From assembly GCA_965218095.1 (NCBI GenBank), contig OZ244587.1, positions 4,928,001 to 4,992,000 on the forward strand: a stretch of DNA of 64,000 nucleotides, given 5' to 3'. Both the position numbers and the translations under genes were made by a program. Below are positions 20,066 through 29,970 of this stretch, one piece after another (position 1 is the stretch's first letter; every line of letters starts with the position of its first letter). The stretch comes from Candidatus Poribacteria bacterium (lineage in GTDB: Bacteria; Poribacteria; WGA-4E; PCPOR2b). The notes under the pieces were generated by a model, which saw nothing but the letters and a program-made list of their open reading frames with translations, searched no databases and was not told the DNA's origin.

Positions 20066-21218
20066 ATTTATTGAACTGAAGCCATTTTCAGATGAAATGG
20101 TTGTTAGCATGGGGCCACAGCACCCAAGCACCCACGGGGTTTTAAAACTTGAACTGAAACTGGATGGAGAGATTGTCCGAGAAGCGACTCCTCATATTGG
20201 GTATCTGCACCGCTGCTTTGAAAAACATTCTGAGAATCTGAATTATCAGCAGATTATTCCGTTTACCGACCGGATGGATTATATTGCAGCGATGAATATG
20301 AATTGGGGATTCTGTCTGGCGGTTGAGAAGCTGATGGAGGCGGATGAAAAGAAATCCTCCGGTATTCCCGAACGTGCAGAATACCTGCGTGTGCTCATCG
20401 GTGAGTTAAACCGAATCGGGAGTCATTTGTTGTCCTTCGGCACCTACGGCATGGATATTGGCGCGTTCACCCCATTTCTTTACGCCTTTAGAGACCGCGA
20501 GAAAATCCTCCTGCTTTTTGAAAAAATCTGCGGTGCACGATTAACGTACAATTATATCCGTGTCGGTGGAGTTTCAAGGGATACACCCCCGGGATTTCTT
20601 GATGAGGTTAAGGAATTTATCGACTATTTCGAGCCGAAGATCGATGAGTACAACGCACTACTCACAGCCAACCGCATCTTCATTAAGCGCACAGCAGACG
20701 TAGCTGTCATGGATACAGAAATGGCGATTAACTACGGTATCACGGGGCCAAACCTACGTGGGGCAGGTCTACAATGGGATCTGCGCAAAGATGAACCGTA
20801 CTCCATTTATGACCGATTTGACTTTGACATTCCGGTTGGCAAAGATATTCCGGAACTTGGTGTGGTTGCTGGCGACTGCTGGAGTCGGTATAAAGTTCGG
20901 ATGGACGAGATGAAACAGTCCGTGCGAATTGTCCGGCAGATCCTTGAGGAGGGGATTCCCGATGGACCAATTCAGGCTGAGATGAAAGCCGTTCGTCCGC
21001 CCAAGGGGGAGATCTTCTTCCGAAGTGAGGCGCCGCGTGGAGAAATTGGATTTTACATTGTGAGCGATGGCACGCCAAAGCCGGTTCGAGTCAAAGCCAA
21101 ATCCCCCTGCTTTACAGCGTTGAGCGCGTTTCAGGAGTTGAGTCGCGGATTGATGGTTGCGGACATTATCGCGATTATCGGCAGTATTGATATTGTCATG
21201 GGAGAAGTGGATCGCTAG
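20040..21218 (+). CDS. nuoD: NADH-quinone oxidoreductase subunit D
   Basis: MGPQHPSTHGVL, IGYLHR, EAPRGE and GSIDIVMGEVDR. Confidence 0.97.
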   Translation: MAVPQPESKFIELKPFSDEMVVSMGPQHPSTHGVLKLELKLDGEIVREATPHIGYLHRCFEKHSENLNYQQIIPFTDRMDYIAAMNMNWGFCLAVEKLMEADEKKSSGIPERAEYLRVLIGELNRIGSHLLSFGTYGMDIGAFTPFLYAFRDREKILLLFEKICGARLTYNYIRVGGVSRDTPPGFLDEVKEFIDYFEPKIDEYNALLTANRIFIKRTADVAVMDTEMAINYGITGPNLRGAGLQWDLRKDEPYSIYDRFDFDIPVGKDIPELGVVAGDCWSRYKVRMDEMKQSVRIVRQILEEGIPDGPIQAEMKAVRPPKGEIFFRSEAPRGEIGFYIVSDGTPKPVRVKAKSPCFTALSAFQELSRGLMVADIIAIIGSIDIVMGEVDR

Positions 21219-21338
21219 ATTAGGTTTTGGGTATTAGAGGGTTAGGCGTGAGTCTCTGTATGCTTAATACATTTGCTTCGTTCAAGGGCAGGTCTAAGTC
21301 CTAATACCTATTTCACGCATCACGCATAAGGAGTTGGA

Positions 21339-22568
21339 ATGCCACTCGGTCTACAACATCTTGTTGATAATTTCCCTCAATTTTTTGTACAGGCATCCGG
21401 AAACTGGGCGCAGCAATTCATTCAGAATCATGTCCCGCTTTTGGACCATTTGCCCCCTTCGATCAGCGAGCTCGCGATTATGCTCGCGTGTTGTGCAATT
21501 TTCGTCGCTGTTGTTCCCCTTATACCGTTGGGGCTCGTTTTAGCCGAAAGGAAAGTATCAGCACACATTCAAGATCGGGTTGGCCCGATGCGAGTTGGCC
21601 CACATGGTACCCTCCAAACGTTAGCGGATGGAATTAAACTAATCTTCAAAGAAGATTACATTCCACGACAGGGGGATAAGCTGCTCTTTGTTCTTGCTCC
21701 ATATATTATTTTTTCCTGTTCCTTTGCTGTATTTGCCGCGATTCCTTTCAGTCAGTCCATTTTAGTGAGTAATCTTAATATTGGCATCTTTTATATCATG
21801 GCGATTTCCTCTGTCATTGTGATGGGCGTAATTATGGCAGGTTGGGCTTCTAATAGCAAATGGTCGCTGCTCGGGGCAATGCGATCGGCTGCTCAAATTG
21901 TCAGCTATGAAATCCCGATTGGTCTCTCCATTTTGACTGTCGTCATGCTTGTGCAGACCTTGAATATGCAGGAGATTGTCAATGAACAAGCCGGAATATG
22001 GAACTGGCTTATCTTTCGCACGCCGTTCACCTTCATCGCCTTCTTTATTTTCTTTATATCGTCAATTGCTGAAGTCAACCGAACCCCCTTTGATCTCCCG
22101 GAAGCGGAATCTGAACTGGTTGCCGGGTTTCATACCGAATATAGCGGTATGCGCTTTGCGTTTTTCTTCATCGCAGAATATGCGAATATGTTTGCCGTCA
22201 GTGCAATCGCAGCAACCCTATTTCTCGGTGGTTGGCAAGGGATTTTACCGGGGTTCTATATCCTTGGTGGATTCCCCGGCCTAGTTATTAAGACACTCTT
22301 TTTAGTTTTCGTTATGATGTGGATAAGATGGACTTTGCCACGCCTCCGTGTTGACCAACTGATGAATCTGTGCTGGAAGTATTTTATTCCAATTTCATTT
22401 TTCAATATACTGGGCGTTGGAATATGGGGGTTGATTTTTCAAAGAGACTCTTTATTAAGTATTGGCATTAGCCTGGTCATTATCTTTTTGGGATTCATTG
22501 GCACATTCGCCTTATTCGGCAAAGGGTTATCTAAAGCCCCTGCGCCTCAAGCAAGTTCAACGTCATAA
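21339..22568 (+). CDS. nuoH: NADH-quinone oxidoreductase subunit H
   Basis: ERKVSAHIQDRVGP and NRTPFDLPEAESELVAGFHTEYSG. Confidence 0.97.
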   Translation: MPLGLQHLVDNFPQFFVQASGNWAQQFIQNHVPLLDHLPPSISELAIMLACCAIFVAVVPLIPLGLVLAERKVSAHIQDRVGPMRVGPHGTLQTLADGIKLIFKEDYIPRQGDKLLFVLAPYIIFSCSFAVFAAIPFSQSILVSNLNIGIFYIMAISSVIVMGVIMAGWASNSKWSLLGAMRSAAQIVSYEIPIGLSILTVVMLVQTLNMQEIVNEQAGIWNWLIFRTPFTFIAFFIFFISSIAEVNRTPFDLPEAESELVAGFHTEYSGMRFAFFFIAEYANMFAVSAIAATLFLGGWQGILPGFYILGGFPGLVIKTLFLVFVMMWIRWTLPRLRVDQLMNLCWKYFIPISFFNILGVGIWGLIFQRDSLLSIGISLVIIFLGFIGTFALFGKGLSKAPAPQASSTS

Positions 22569-22582
22569 AGGAGGTGTTCGTC

Positions 22583-23254
22583 ATGCGCACATATTTTGAA
22601 AACATCTATACGGGGGTTTATACCGTACTTGTCGGTCTAGCTATTACCATGAGACAAATGTTCAAGGAATCCGTCACGCACCAATACCCCTATCAACATT
22701 CCTTCGAGCGGAAAAAAAATGTACGTGATATTCCCAAGGGCTATCGAGGAAAGCTAGACAACCGTGTTGAGGACTGCATCGGTTGTAAAAAATGCGAGCT
22801 GATCTGCCCTGTCGATTGTATTATCATTACCACGCAAAAGCTTCCTAAAGGGGAAAGACTGTGGGATAGCATGAACGTGGTTCATCTCAAGGATAGGACA
22901 GAGATTGTCGGAAATATTGAGGGAGACGAAAAACCCGCTCCCAATACAATTGTTACAATTAATACACGCGATGAGAGAGCAGTCACCGTTTCAAGTGAGG
23001 AAATCGCTAACATCGTTGAACGTAAACCGGTGATTTTTTACCTCGATCAGTTTGACATCGATATGTCCCTTTGCATGTATTGTGGACTTTGCACTGAGGT
23101 CTGCCCAACAGAGTGCTTGATTATGTTCGATAATCTTCGAGATGGCATTGAGTACTCAACCTTCGATCGGACAGACCTGATTTACGAATTTGCAAAACCA
23201 GAAATGTACGAGCAGCCGAGTGATGAATCAAGCGAAGCGGAAACTGCTGACTAA
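22583..23254 (+). CDS. nuoI: NADH-quinone oxidoreductase subunit I with an internal insertion
   Basis: CIGCKKCELICP and CMYCGLCTEVCP; positioned between nuoH and nuoJ. Confidence 0.93.
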   Translation: MRTYFENIYTGVYTVLVGLAITMRQMFKESVTHQYPYQHSFERKKNVRDIPKGYRGKLDNRVEDCIGCKKCELICPVDCIIITTQKLPKGERLWDSMNVVHLKDRTEIVGNIEGDEKPAPNTIVTINTRDERAVTVSSEEIANIVERKPVIFYLDQFDIDMSLCMYCGLCTEVCPTECLIMFDNLRDGIEYSTFDRTDLIYEFAKPEMYEQPSDESSEAETAD

Positions 23255-23315
23255 TTCGGGGCAGTGAATTGTGACGTAAGCCCTCAAACCCAAAATTGAT
23301 AAATTTGGTCGACTC

Positions 23316-23834
23316 ATGGCATTGAATTTTCAACAATTGGTGTTCTATCTTTTCGCCCTGCTAACAGTTGGATCGGCGATTATTGTTGTGACGGTGAAAA
23401 ATATCGTCCATGCTGCTTTCTCGCTAATGGTTACGCTCTTTAGTGTTGCAGGGCTTTATGTTTTTTTACAAGCAGATTTTCTTGCCGCAACACAGGTGAT
23501 TGTCTATGTCGGTGGAATCCTGGTGCTCATTCTCTTTGGGGTGATGATGACCAGTGGCCGCTTGGACATGACGTTGCGGCTTGAGCGCGGACAGCTATTC
23601 TGGGGTGGTCTGGTTTCCCTCATCATCTTCCTCCTTCTTCTGAGTGTTATTACAAAGACGCCACAATGGGAGAACGTCGACAAAGGCGCTTCGCAGGAAC
23701 CAACAACCCAAAAGATTGGCGAAATGATTATGCAGAAGGAATTTCTACTCCCATTTGAGATTGTCTCGATTCTACTCCTGGTTGCGTTGATTGGAGCAGC
23801 TCTAATTTCCCGTAAGGAGGTTCGGGAGGAATGA
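23316..23834 (+). CDS. nuoJ: NADH-quinone oxidoreductase subunit J
   Basis: QVIVYVGGILVLILFGVM and LPFEIVSILLLVALIGA. Confidence 0.95.
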   Translation: MALNFQQLVFYLFALLTVGSAIIVVTVKNIVHAAFSLMVTLFSVAGLYVFLQADFLAATQVIVYVGGILVLILFGVMMTSGRLDMTLRLERGQLFWGGLVSLIIFLLLLSVITKTPQWENVDKGASQEPTTQKIGEMIMQKEFLLPFEIVSILLLVALIGAALISRKEVREE

Positions 23835-24139
23835 GTTTACAAAATTATCTTGTCATCAGTATCATACTGTTCAGTCTTGGAATCTTCTGTGTTTTGACGC
23901 GCCGGAATGCTATCAGCATTCTGATGGGAATCGAATTGATTCTCAATTCTTGTAATCTCAATTTTGCGGCTTTCTCTCGCTTTGTTACTCCTCCTGACGA
24001 CATCAGTGGACAGATCATCGCGCTCTTTGGAATTGTCCTCGCTGCCGCCGAAGCTGCTGTCTTTTTGGCGATTATTTTGGCAATTTATAGAGAGTTCAGT
24101 ACCATTAGCCCGGACGAAACAGATAGTTTGAAAGGGTGA
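23831..24139 (+). CDS. nuoK: NADH-quinone oxidoreductase subunit K
   Basis: RRNAISILMGIELILN and AAAEAAV. Confidence 0.96.
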   Translation: MSLQNYLVISIILFSLGIFCVLTRRNAISILMGIELILNSCNLNFAAFSRFVTPPDDISGQIIALFGIVLAAAEAAVFLAIILAIYREFSTISPDETDSLKG

Positions 24140-24586
24140 GCCTCCGCACGCTTAATGAAGGAAATGAAAGAGTGGGACGTTTTGCTGTGGAATGCGAGTT
24201 GGCAAATAATGAAGATGTTGGCCTTGCACAACGCGGCTTGCTTCCTCCTGAGAAGATGTGTCAAGTCACAATTCAAGGCGTAGTAGGAACCAATACAATA
24301 CGGCTGAGTGATTCCCGCCAGTGTGGTAGAGCGGTTAGGTGTTCGTGAAACAGGTGAGACTTAGGTCCGTTATGCTGATGGATGCAAGGCAACACGGAAG
24401 CTGATCGCTAATGTTCGGGTGGAACTACTGGGACGTTAGGCAACTTTCCGTGCAGTTGTTGAACCCGATCGGGATTCTGTTCGGATTGGCTGGCCTGTCC
24501 TCAATGACCTAGATCTTGTCACGGATCATTCCGCGCAAACCCTAAGACCCCGTGACCCAAATTACATTATCTCAGAAATCGAGTGA
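24136..24586 (+). pseudogene. Clan AA (retropepsin-like) aspartic protease remnant
   Basis: GRFAVECELANNED...RL/VIPASVVERLG...ET*VRYADG...LLGR*ATFRAVVEP...RDPNYIISEIE*. It has a frameshift near 24307 and TAGs at 24362 and 24437; the catalytic DTG is degenerate. Confidence 0.7.
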
Positions 24587-24611
24587 CCTCCCGCATTAGG
24601 AGATTTCTTAT

Positions 24612-26816
24612 ATGTCTGTTATACTTCTCATTAGCATCATTTTGCTTGCCCCCCTTGCCGCGTTTGCGTTTTTTGGTATCCTATCGCTAACCGGACGCAA
24701 TTACCCCCGCCAAGATCTTGTTTCAACGGCAGCGATGGTCATTGCATTCCTCTGCGCCCTCCTTTTATTTACAAAGATTATCGCCAATCCGGATCAATTC
24801 TCACAAGATGGAGCAGAGAGATACTCACTCACATGGCTTCCGCTTAGCGCGGTCAATTTTTCAATGGGATTCCTTTTTGACAGCGTGACATCAATCATGC
24901 TGCTTGTTGTCACGATTGTCAGTGGTCTTGTGCATATCTTCTCGATAGGCTACATGCACGGCGATCTCCGTTATCCTCGCTTCTTTGCCTTCCTCTCGTT
25001 GTTCTCTTTCTCCATGCTTTTCCTGGTTGTTTCTGATAACCTACTTGGCATCTATATCGGTTGGGAGCTTGTCGGCGTCTGTTCTTACCTGCTGATCGGC
25101 TTTTGGTTTGAAAGAGATGCGCCGGCGGATGCGTGTAAAAAGGCGTTCATGACGACCCGTGTCGGAGATGTCGGGATGTTCATCGGCATGATGATGCTTT
25201 TCGCCAAATTCCGTACTTTATCGCTTTACGGTGAAGATGGTATTTTCGCGTTAGCCAGCAATTTGACAGCAGGCGACATGACATGGCTTTCGGTTGCTGG
25301 CGTCCTGATTTTCTGTGGCGCTGTCGGCAAGTCAGCTCAAATCCCCTTGCACACATGGCTGCCGGACGCAATGGAGGGGCCCACGCCCGTCAGCGCATTG
25401 ATCCATGCCGCAACGATGGTCGCAGCGGGGGTTTATCTGGTCGCACGAATGTTCCCGATCCTGACGCCTGATTCCTCGTTGGTCATTGCTTACGTCGGCG
25501 GCATCACGGCGATATTAGCCGCCACGATTGCGATCGTTCGGTTTGACATTAAGCGCGTCCTTGCTTACTCGACCATCAGCCAACTCGGTTATATGATGCT
25601 GGCGATTGGGGCGGGGAGTTATGTTGCCGGACTTTTTCACCTTACCACACACGCATTTTTCAAAGCCCTGCTATTCCTGGGTTCTGGCAGTGTCATCCAC
25701 GCCTTTCATGCCGGCCACGATTCCCATGATGAAGACCATGCGCATGACGGTGAACATGGGCATACCGATGCGCACCAAGCTTCATTCGATAGCTTCGGCA
25801 TCGATCCGGCGCAAGATATGCGTCACATGGGCGGACTCCGTCACAAGATGCCGTGGACCTTCATAACCATGTTGGTTGCGACGTTGTCAATTTCCGGCGT
25901 GCCTTTTGTCTTTTCGGGGTTCTGGAGCAAGGATGCGATCTTAGGCGGCGTTCTTGAAAGGGCAATGGAGTGGGGGGATGTCCACTACTATATCCTGTTC
26001 GGTATGGCACTTTCCGCTGCGGGAATTACCGCATTTTATATGTTCCGCCTGATTTTCATGACCTTTACCGGCGAACCCCGCAATCGAGAAATGTACGACC
26101 ATGCACATGAATCCCCAAAGGTTATGGTGGTTCCGTTGATCATCTTGATGGTTCTCAGTTTTCCAATTGTCAACAAGTTGTCGTTTGAAAAACATGTAAA
26201 AGCCCCCAAACAACCACATGTGCATGCGCCTGAACATGCTATGAGAGGGGGCCAAAGCCAGCCAATCCTGCTCGCGCAAGCTGGTGTTTCAGATGCTTAT
26301 ACCGCTGAAGAAGAAACACATGGCGACCATGCGGCGGAAGTACATCACAGCCCCGCGCATACCATCGCGATGTCGTTATCGGTCTTTATCGCAGGACTGG
26401 GGATTTTGTTATCCTGGCTTTTCTATCATCGGAAGACTTTTTCCGCCGAGGCTGTAGCAGCGCGGTTCAGGCCAATCTACACGTTGTTTTGGAATAAATA
26501 CTACTTTGATGAATTGTACAATGGCGTGATTGTCGCGTTTACTGTTGTGGGCTCAAGAGCCCTTGGACACTTCGATTTGCGGGTCATTGATGGTATCGTC
26601 AACGGGGTTGGCTTCATCGTGCGCGCGATGCTTTCTCAGTTCATCGGCTGGTTCGATAACACCTTCGTTGATGGACTCGTCAATTGGATCGCTAAAATTA
26701 CTTGGTCAGTGGGTGGCAGAGTCAGGCGGGTCCAAACAGGTATGATTCAAAATTACCTGCTGGCTATTCTGGGCGGTGTTGTGCTGTTGATTTTGATTTT
26801 CCGTAGTTTATTATAG
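24612..26816 (+). CDS. nuoL: NADH-quinone oxidoreductase subunit L
   Basis: GKSAQIPLHTWLPDAMEGPTPVSALIHAATMV and THAFFKALLFLGSG. Confidence 0.97.
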   Translation: MSVILLISIILLAPLAAFAFFGILSLTGRNYPRQDLVSTAAMVIAFLCALLLFTKIIANPDQFSQDGAERYSLTWLPLSAVNFSMGFLFDSVTSIMLLVVTIVSGLVHIFSIGYMHGDLRYPRFFAFLSLFSFSMLFLVVSDNLLGIYIGWELVGVCSYLLIGFWFERDAPADACKKAFMTTRVGDVGMFIGMMMLFAKFRTLSLYGEDGIFALASNLTAGDMTWLSVAGVLIFCGAVGKSAQIPLHTWLPDAMEGPTPVSALIHAATMVAAGVYLVARMFPILTPDSSLVIAYVGGITAILAATIAIVRFDIKRVLAYSTISQLGYMMLAIGAGSYVAGLFHLTTHAFFKALLFLGSGSVIHAFHAGHDSHDEDHAHDGEHGHTDAHQASFDSFGIDPAQDMRHMGGLRHKMPWTFITMLVATLSISGVPFVFSGFWSKDAILGGVLERAMEWGDVHYYILFGMALSAAGITAFYMFRLIFMTFTGEPRNREMYDHAHESPKVMVVPLIILMVLSFPIVNKLSFEKHVKAPKQPHVHAPEHAMRGGQSQPILLAQAGVSDAYTAEEETHGDHAAEVHHSPAHTIAMSLSVFIAGLGILLSWLFYHRKTFSAEAVAARFRPIYTLFWNKYYFDELYNGVIVAFTVVGSRALGHFDLRVIDGIVNGVGFIVRAMLSQFIGWFDNTFVDGLVNWIAKITWSVGGRVRRVQTGMIQNYLLAILGGVVLLILIFRSLL

Positions 26817-26851
26817 GCTTCCGTTCACCGATAACAGGAGGATTTTACTGG

Positions 26852-28348
26852 ATGTTATTAACGTTGATGATTTTTGTCCCGCTGATAGGGATGATTACTG
26901 TTTTGTTCCTTCCGCGCGAGAAAGAGGAATATATTAAGCGAGTGGCGCTGGCTTTTACCTTTGTCCCGCTGTTTTTGGCAGTGATTCTTTTCGTTCAATA
27001 TAATGGAGATGATCCAGGGCTTCAGAAAGAAGTTGATGTTATGTGGATTAGCGCGTTCAATATCCATTACCACATTGGTATTGATGGGTTGAGCGTGACC
27101 TTGATTCTTTTAACCGCGTTATTGGGACCGATTTGTGTTCTTGCGTCATGGAGGAACATTGAGAAGGGCATCAAGGCGTACATGGCATTGTTTCTGTTGC
27201 TGGAAACGGGGATGCTCGGCTTTTTCACCGCTTTGGATCTGTTCCTCTTCTATGTCTTTTTTGAGCTGACGCTGTTACCGATGTACTTCTTAATCGGGAT
27301 ATGGGGCGGGCCTAGGCGTGAATATGCGGCGATTAAGTTTTTCCTATATACGCTCTTTGGCGGTGTACTGATGCTCATTGCCATGATCGCCGTTTATCTT
27401 AAGGGCGGAACCTTTGATATTCCAGAGCTGATCCGGCTTGCGAGTACCCCAGACCATCCGCTTGCGGATCGCGAGTTTCAGAAATGGGCATTCTTGGGTT
27501 TCTTTATCGGCTTTGCGGTTAAGGTGCCGATTTTCCCCTTCCATACCTGGCTTCCTGATGCCCATGTTGAAGCGCCAACCGCGATTAGCGTCATCCTTGC
27601 AGCGGTTCTCTTGAAAATGGGGACGTATGGACTGATCCGCATCAATTTTGAGATGTTGCCTGAAGGGATGGATATCTTCTGCAACGGCGAAGGATGGAAA
27701 GGGAATAGTTTAGCACTCCTCGGCTTTATCAACATTGTCTACGGTTCACTTTGTGCACTAGCGCAGACAGATTTCAAGAAACTCGTTGCCTACTCCAGTA
27801 TTGGGCACATGGGATTCGTCCTCTTGGGGCTTGCGGCGCGAAATGAACTTGGATTGAATGGCGCAATTCTTCAGATGTTCAATCATGGTGTGATTAGCGC
27901 AATGTTGTTTCTCTTAGTGGGTGTTGTGTATGATCGGGCGCACCACCGTGAGATCAACGGCTTCGGCGGACTCGGCGGCAAAATGCCGATATACACCGGC
28001 ATTACAACGCTGGCATTTATGGCATCTCTGGGACTGCCGGGACTCAGTGGGTTTGTTGGTGAGGCACTGTCCCTGCTAGGGGCATATAGTAAATTCCCAA
28101 TGCTGACCATCCTCTCAACAATTGGCATTGTTGTCGGTGCGGCTTACTTCCTTTGGACGTTACAGCGTGTCTTCCTGGGACAACTGAACCCAAAATACGA
28201 AGGCATATCCGAAATCAATGGACGCGAAATCGCAACATTAGTACCGTTGGGCATTTTAACGATTGTCCTCGGCATCTGGCCGTCCCTTGCGCTCGATATG
28301 TTTAGTCCAAAAGTAAATGACTTGCTTAAAGTTTTGCAGCTTATGTAA
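26852..28348 (+). CDS. nuoM: NADH-quinone oxidoreductase subunit M
   Basis: FAVKVPIFPFHTWLPDAHVEAPT and SLGLPGLSGFVGE. Confidence 0.97.
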   Translation: MLLTLMIFVPLIGMITVLFLPREKEEYIKRVALAFTFVPLFLAVILFVQYNGDDPGLQKEVDVMWISAFNIHYHIGIDGLSVTLILLTALLGPICVLASWRNIEKGIKAYMALFLLLETGMLGFFTALDLFLFYVFFELTLLPMYFLIGIWGGPRREYAAIKFFLYTLFGGVLMLIAMIAVYLKGGTFDIPELIRLASTPDHPLADREFQKWAFLGFFIGFAVKVPIFPFHTWLPDAHVEAPTAISVILAAVLLKMGTYGLIRINFEMLPEGMDIFCNGEGWKGNSLALLGFINIVYGSLCALAQTDFKKLVAYSSIGHMGFVLLGLAARNELGLNGAILQMFNHGVISAMLFLLVGVVYDRAHHREINGFGGLGGKMPIYTGITTLAFMASLGLPGLSGFVGEALSLLGAYSKFPMLTILSTIGIVVGAAYFLWTLQRVFLGQLNPKYEGISEINGREIATLVPLGILTIVLGIWPSLALDMFSPKVNDLLKVLQLM

Positions 28349-28362
28349 TAAGGGAGGCAGGC

Positions 28363-29829
28363 TTGGATCCATTGACAAATGTTGCAAGCATTCCATATTT
28401 TATACCAGAGATTGCTTTAGTAGTCTTTGCTGTGGCCGTCATCTTGTATGATCTGGCCGCCAAAAGAAGAAACACTGATGGGGTTGCCTATCTGTCGCTT
28501 GCTGGACTCGCAGTAACGGTTGTTGCAGCGATCTTGGTTGGATCTGAAGATCGCTCACTTTTCCTCGGCATGATTCGACTCGATAGTTTCGCCATGTTCT
28601 TCAAGATCATTGTCTCCATCGCCACAGCCGCGACAATTCTGTTTTCGATTCGCTCTGATGAACTCGATCCGGAGACAAAGGGTGAATACTACGCGCTTTT
28701 GCTTGCAGTAACATTAGGCATGTTCTTGATGGCATCATCAACCCATCTGTTGATGATCTACCTTTCGCTTGAAATGGTCAGCTTAACCTCCTACATTCTC
28801 GCCGGGTTCTTGACGCATAGTCCGCGTTCCAGTGAAGCCGCATTCAAGTATATTACTTTTGGCGCAGTCTCTTCGGGAACGATGCTATTCGGTATATCCC
28901 TTCTGTTTGGCATGACCGGTACCGGGGATGTCGTACAGGTTAGCAGCCGCCTGACGGAGATGTTCAATCAAGGCGACGTTTATCCATTGGCTGTGCTGCT
29001 GTCGATCGCCTTTATCCTCGCCGGTGTCGGTTACAAAATCGCCTCCGTGCCCTTCCACATGTGGTCTCCCGATGTCTACGAAGGGGCGCCGATTCCAATC
29101 ACAGCGTTCCTATCTGTCGCCTCCAAATCTGCCGGCTTTGCCCTGTTCATTCGCCTCTTCTACTCAGGTTTCAGAGCGGCGGATGCCTTCGTTGATTGGT
29201 CACTCATGCTGGCAATGGTTTCTGCGTTAACGATGACTGTTGGTAATCTTGCCGCACTCCCCCAGCAAAATGTCAAGCGACTCCTTGCCTACTCAAGTAT
29301 TGCACACGGCGGCTACTTGCTAATGGGAGGGGTTTTGCTGACGAGTGAGGGAATCCAAGCGATTCTCATCTACCTAGTGATTTACCTGTTTATGAATCTA
29401 GGGGCATTCTTCGTCGTTATCCTCATTGCAAACGAAGTCGGCAGTGAAACAATTGACGGATACCGCGGACTTGTTTCCCGTGCACCGCTCGTCGCGGTCT
29501 CGATGGCAATCTTCCTCTTCTCACTGACGGGCATCCCGCCCCTTGCCGGCTTTGCGGGGAAATGGGTCCTTTTTGCGGCAGTCATTAAAGAGCAGCTCTA
29601 CTGGTTAGCGATTATCGGTCTGCTCAACACTGTCGTATCGCTCTACTACTATGTACGGATCGTCAAGGCCATGTTCCTTGAAACCTCCGACGGAACCGAA
29701 TCCCTCTCCTTCTCATTCGGCAACCGTGCCTTGCTCCTTATTTTTGTCATCCCGACGCTTCTGCTCGGTATTTATTGGAACCCTTTATACGAATTGTCCA
29801 GAGTGTCACTCGGAAAACTTATGGGCTAA
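28363..29829 (+). CDS. nuoN: NADH-quinone oxidoreductase subunit N
   Basis: KIASVPFHMWSPDVYEGAP and KRLLAYSSIAHGG. Confidence 0.96.
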   Translation: MDPLTNVASIPYFIPEIALVVFAVAVILYDLAAKRRNTDGVAYLSLAGLAVTVVAAILVGSEDRSLFLGMIRLDSFAMFFKIIVSIATAATILFSIRSDELDPETKGEYYALLLAVTLGMFLMASSTHLLMIYLSLEMVSLTSYILAGFLTHSPRSSEAAFKYITFGAVSSGTMLFGISLLFGMTGTGDVVQVSSRLTEMFNQGDVYPLAVLLSIAFILAGVGYKIASVPFHMWSPDVYEGAPIPITAFLSVASKSAGFALFIRLFYSGFRAADAFVDWSLMLAMVSALTMTVGNLAALPQQNVKRLLAYSSIAHGGYLLMGGVLLTSEGIQAILIYLVIYLFMNLGAFFVVILIANEVGSETIDGYRGLVSRAPLVAVSMAIFLFSLTGIPPLAGFAGKWVLFAAVIKEQLYWLAIIGLLNTVVSLYYYVRIVKAMFLETSDGTESLSFSFGNRALLLIFVIPTLLLGIYWNPLYELSRVSLGKLMG

Positions 29830-29904
29830 AAGCGTTTGATTTTCTGTTTCCTCACCAAGGTATCATCAGGACAGTTTTTTCTCCTTTCCTACCCAATAAA
29901 AAAT

Positions 29905-29936
29905 AAAAAAGGGCAACCTGCTATGGTTGCCCTTTC
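29905..29936. terminator. Probable bidirectional intrinsic terminator
   Basis: aaaaaa-gggcaacc-tgctat-ggttgccc-tttt between convergent genes. Confidence 0.7.
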
Positions 29937-29970
29937 CTATTTCTAATGGGTTAGCTCGGACGGCATGTGA

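Noticed and set aside
6833-24586. Genome-wide TAG reassignment or pyrrolysine/selenocysteine recoding
   Set aside because: TAG terminates nuoD and nuoL at their normal ends, the internal TAGs replace different amino acids, and several of the same genes also have frameshifts.
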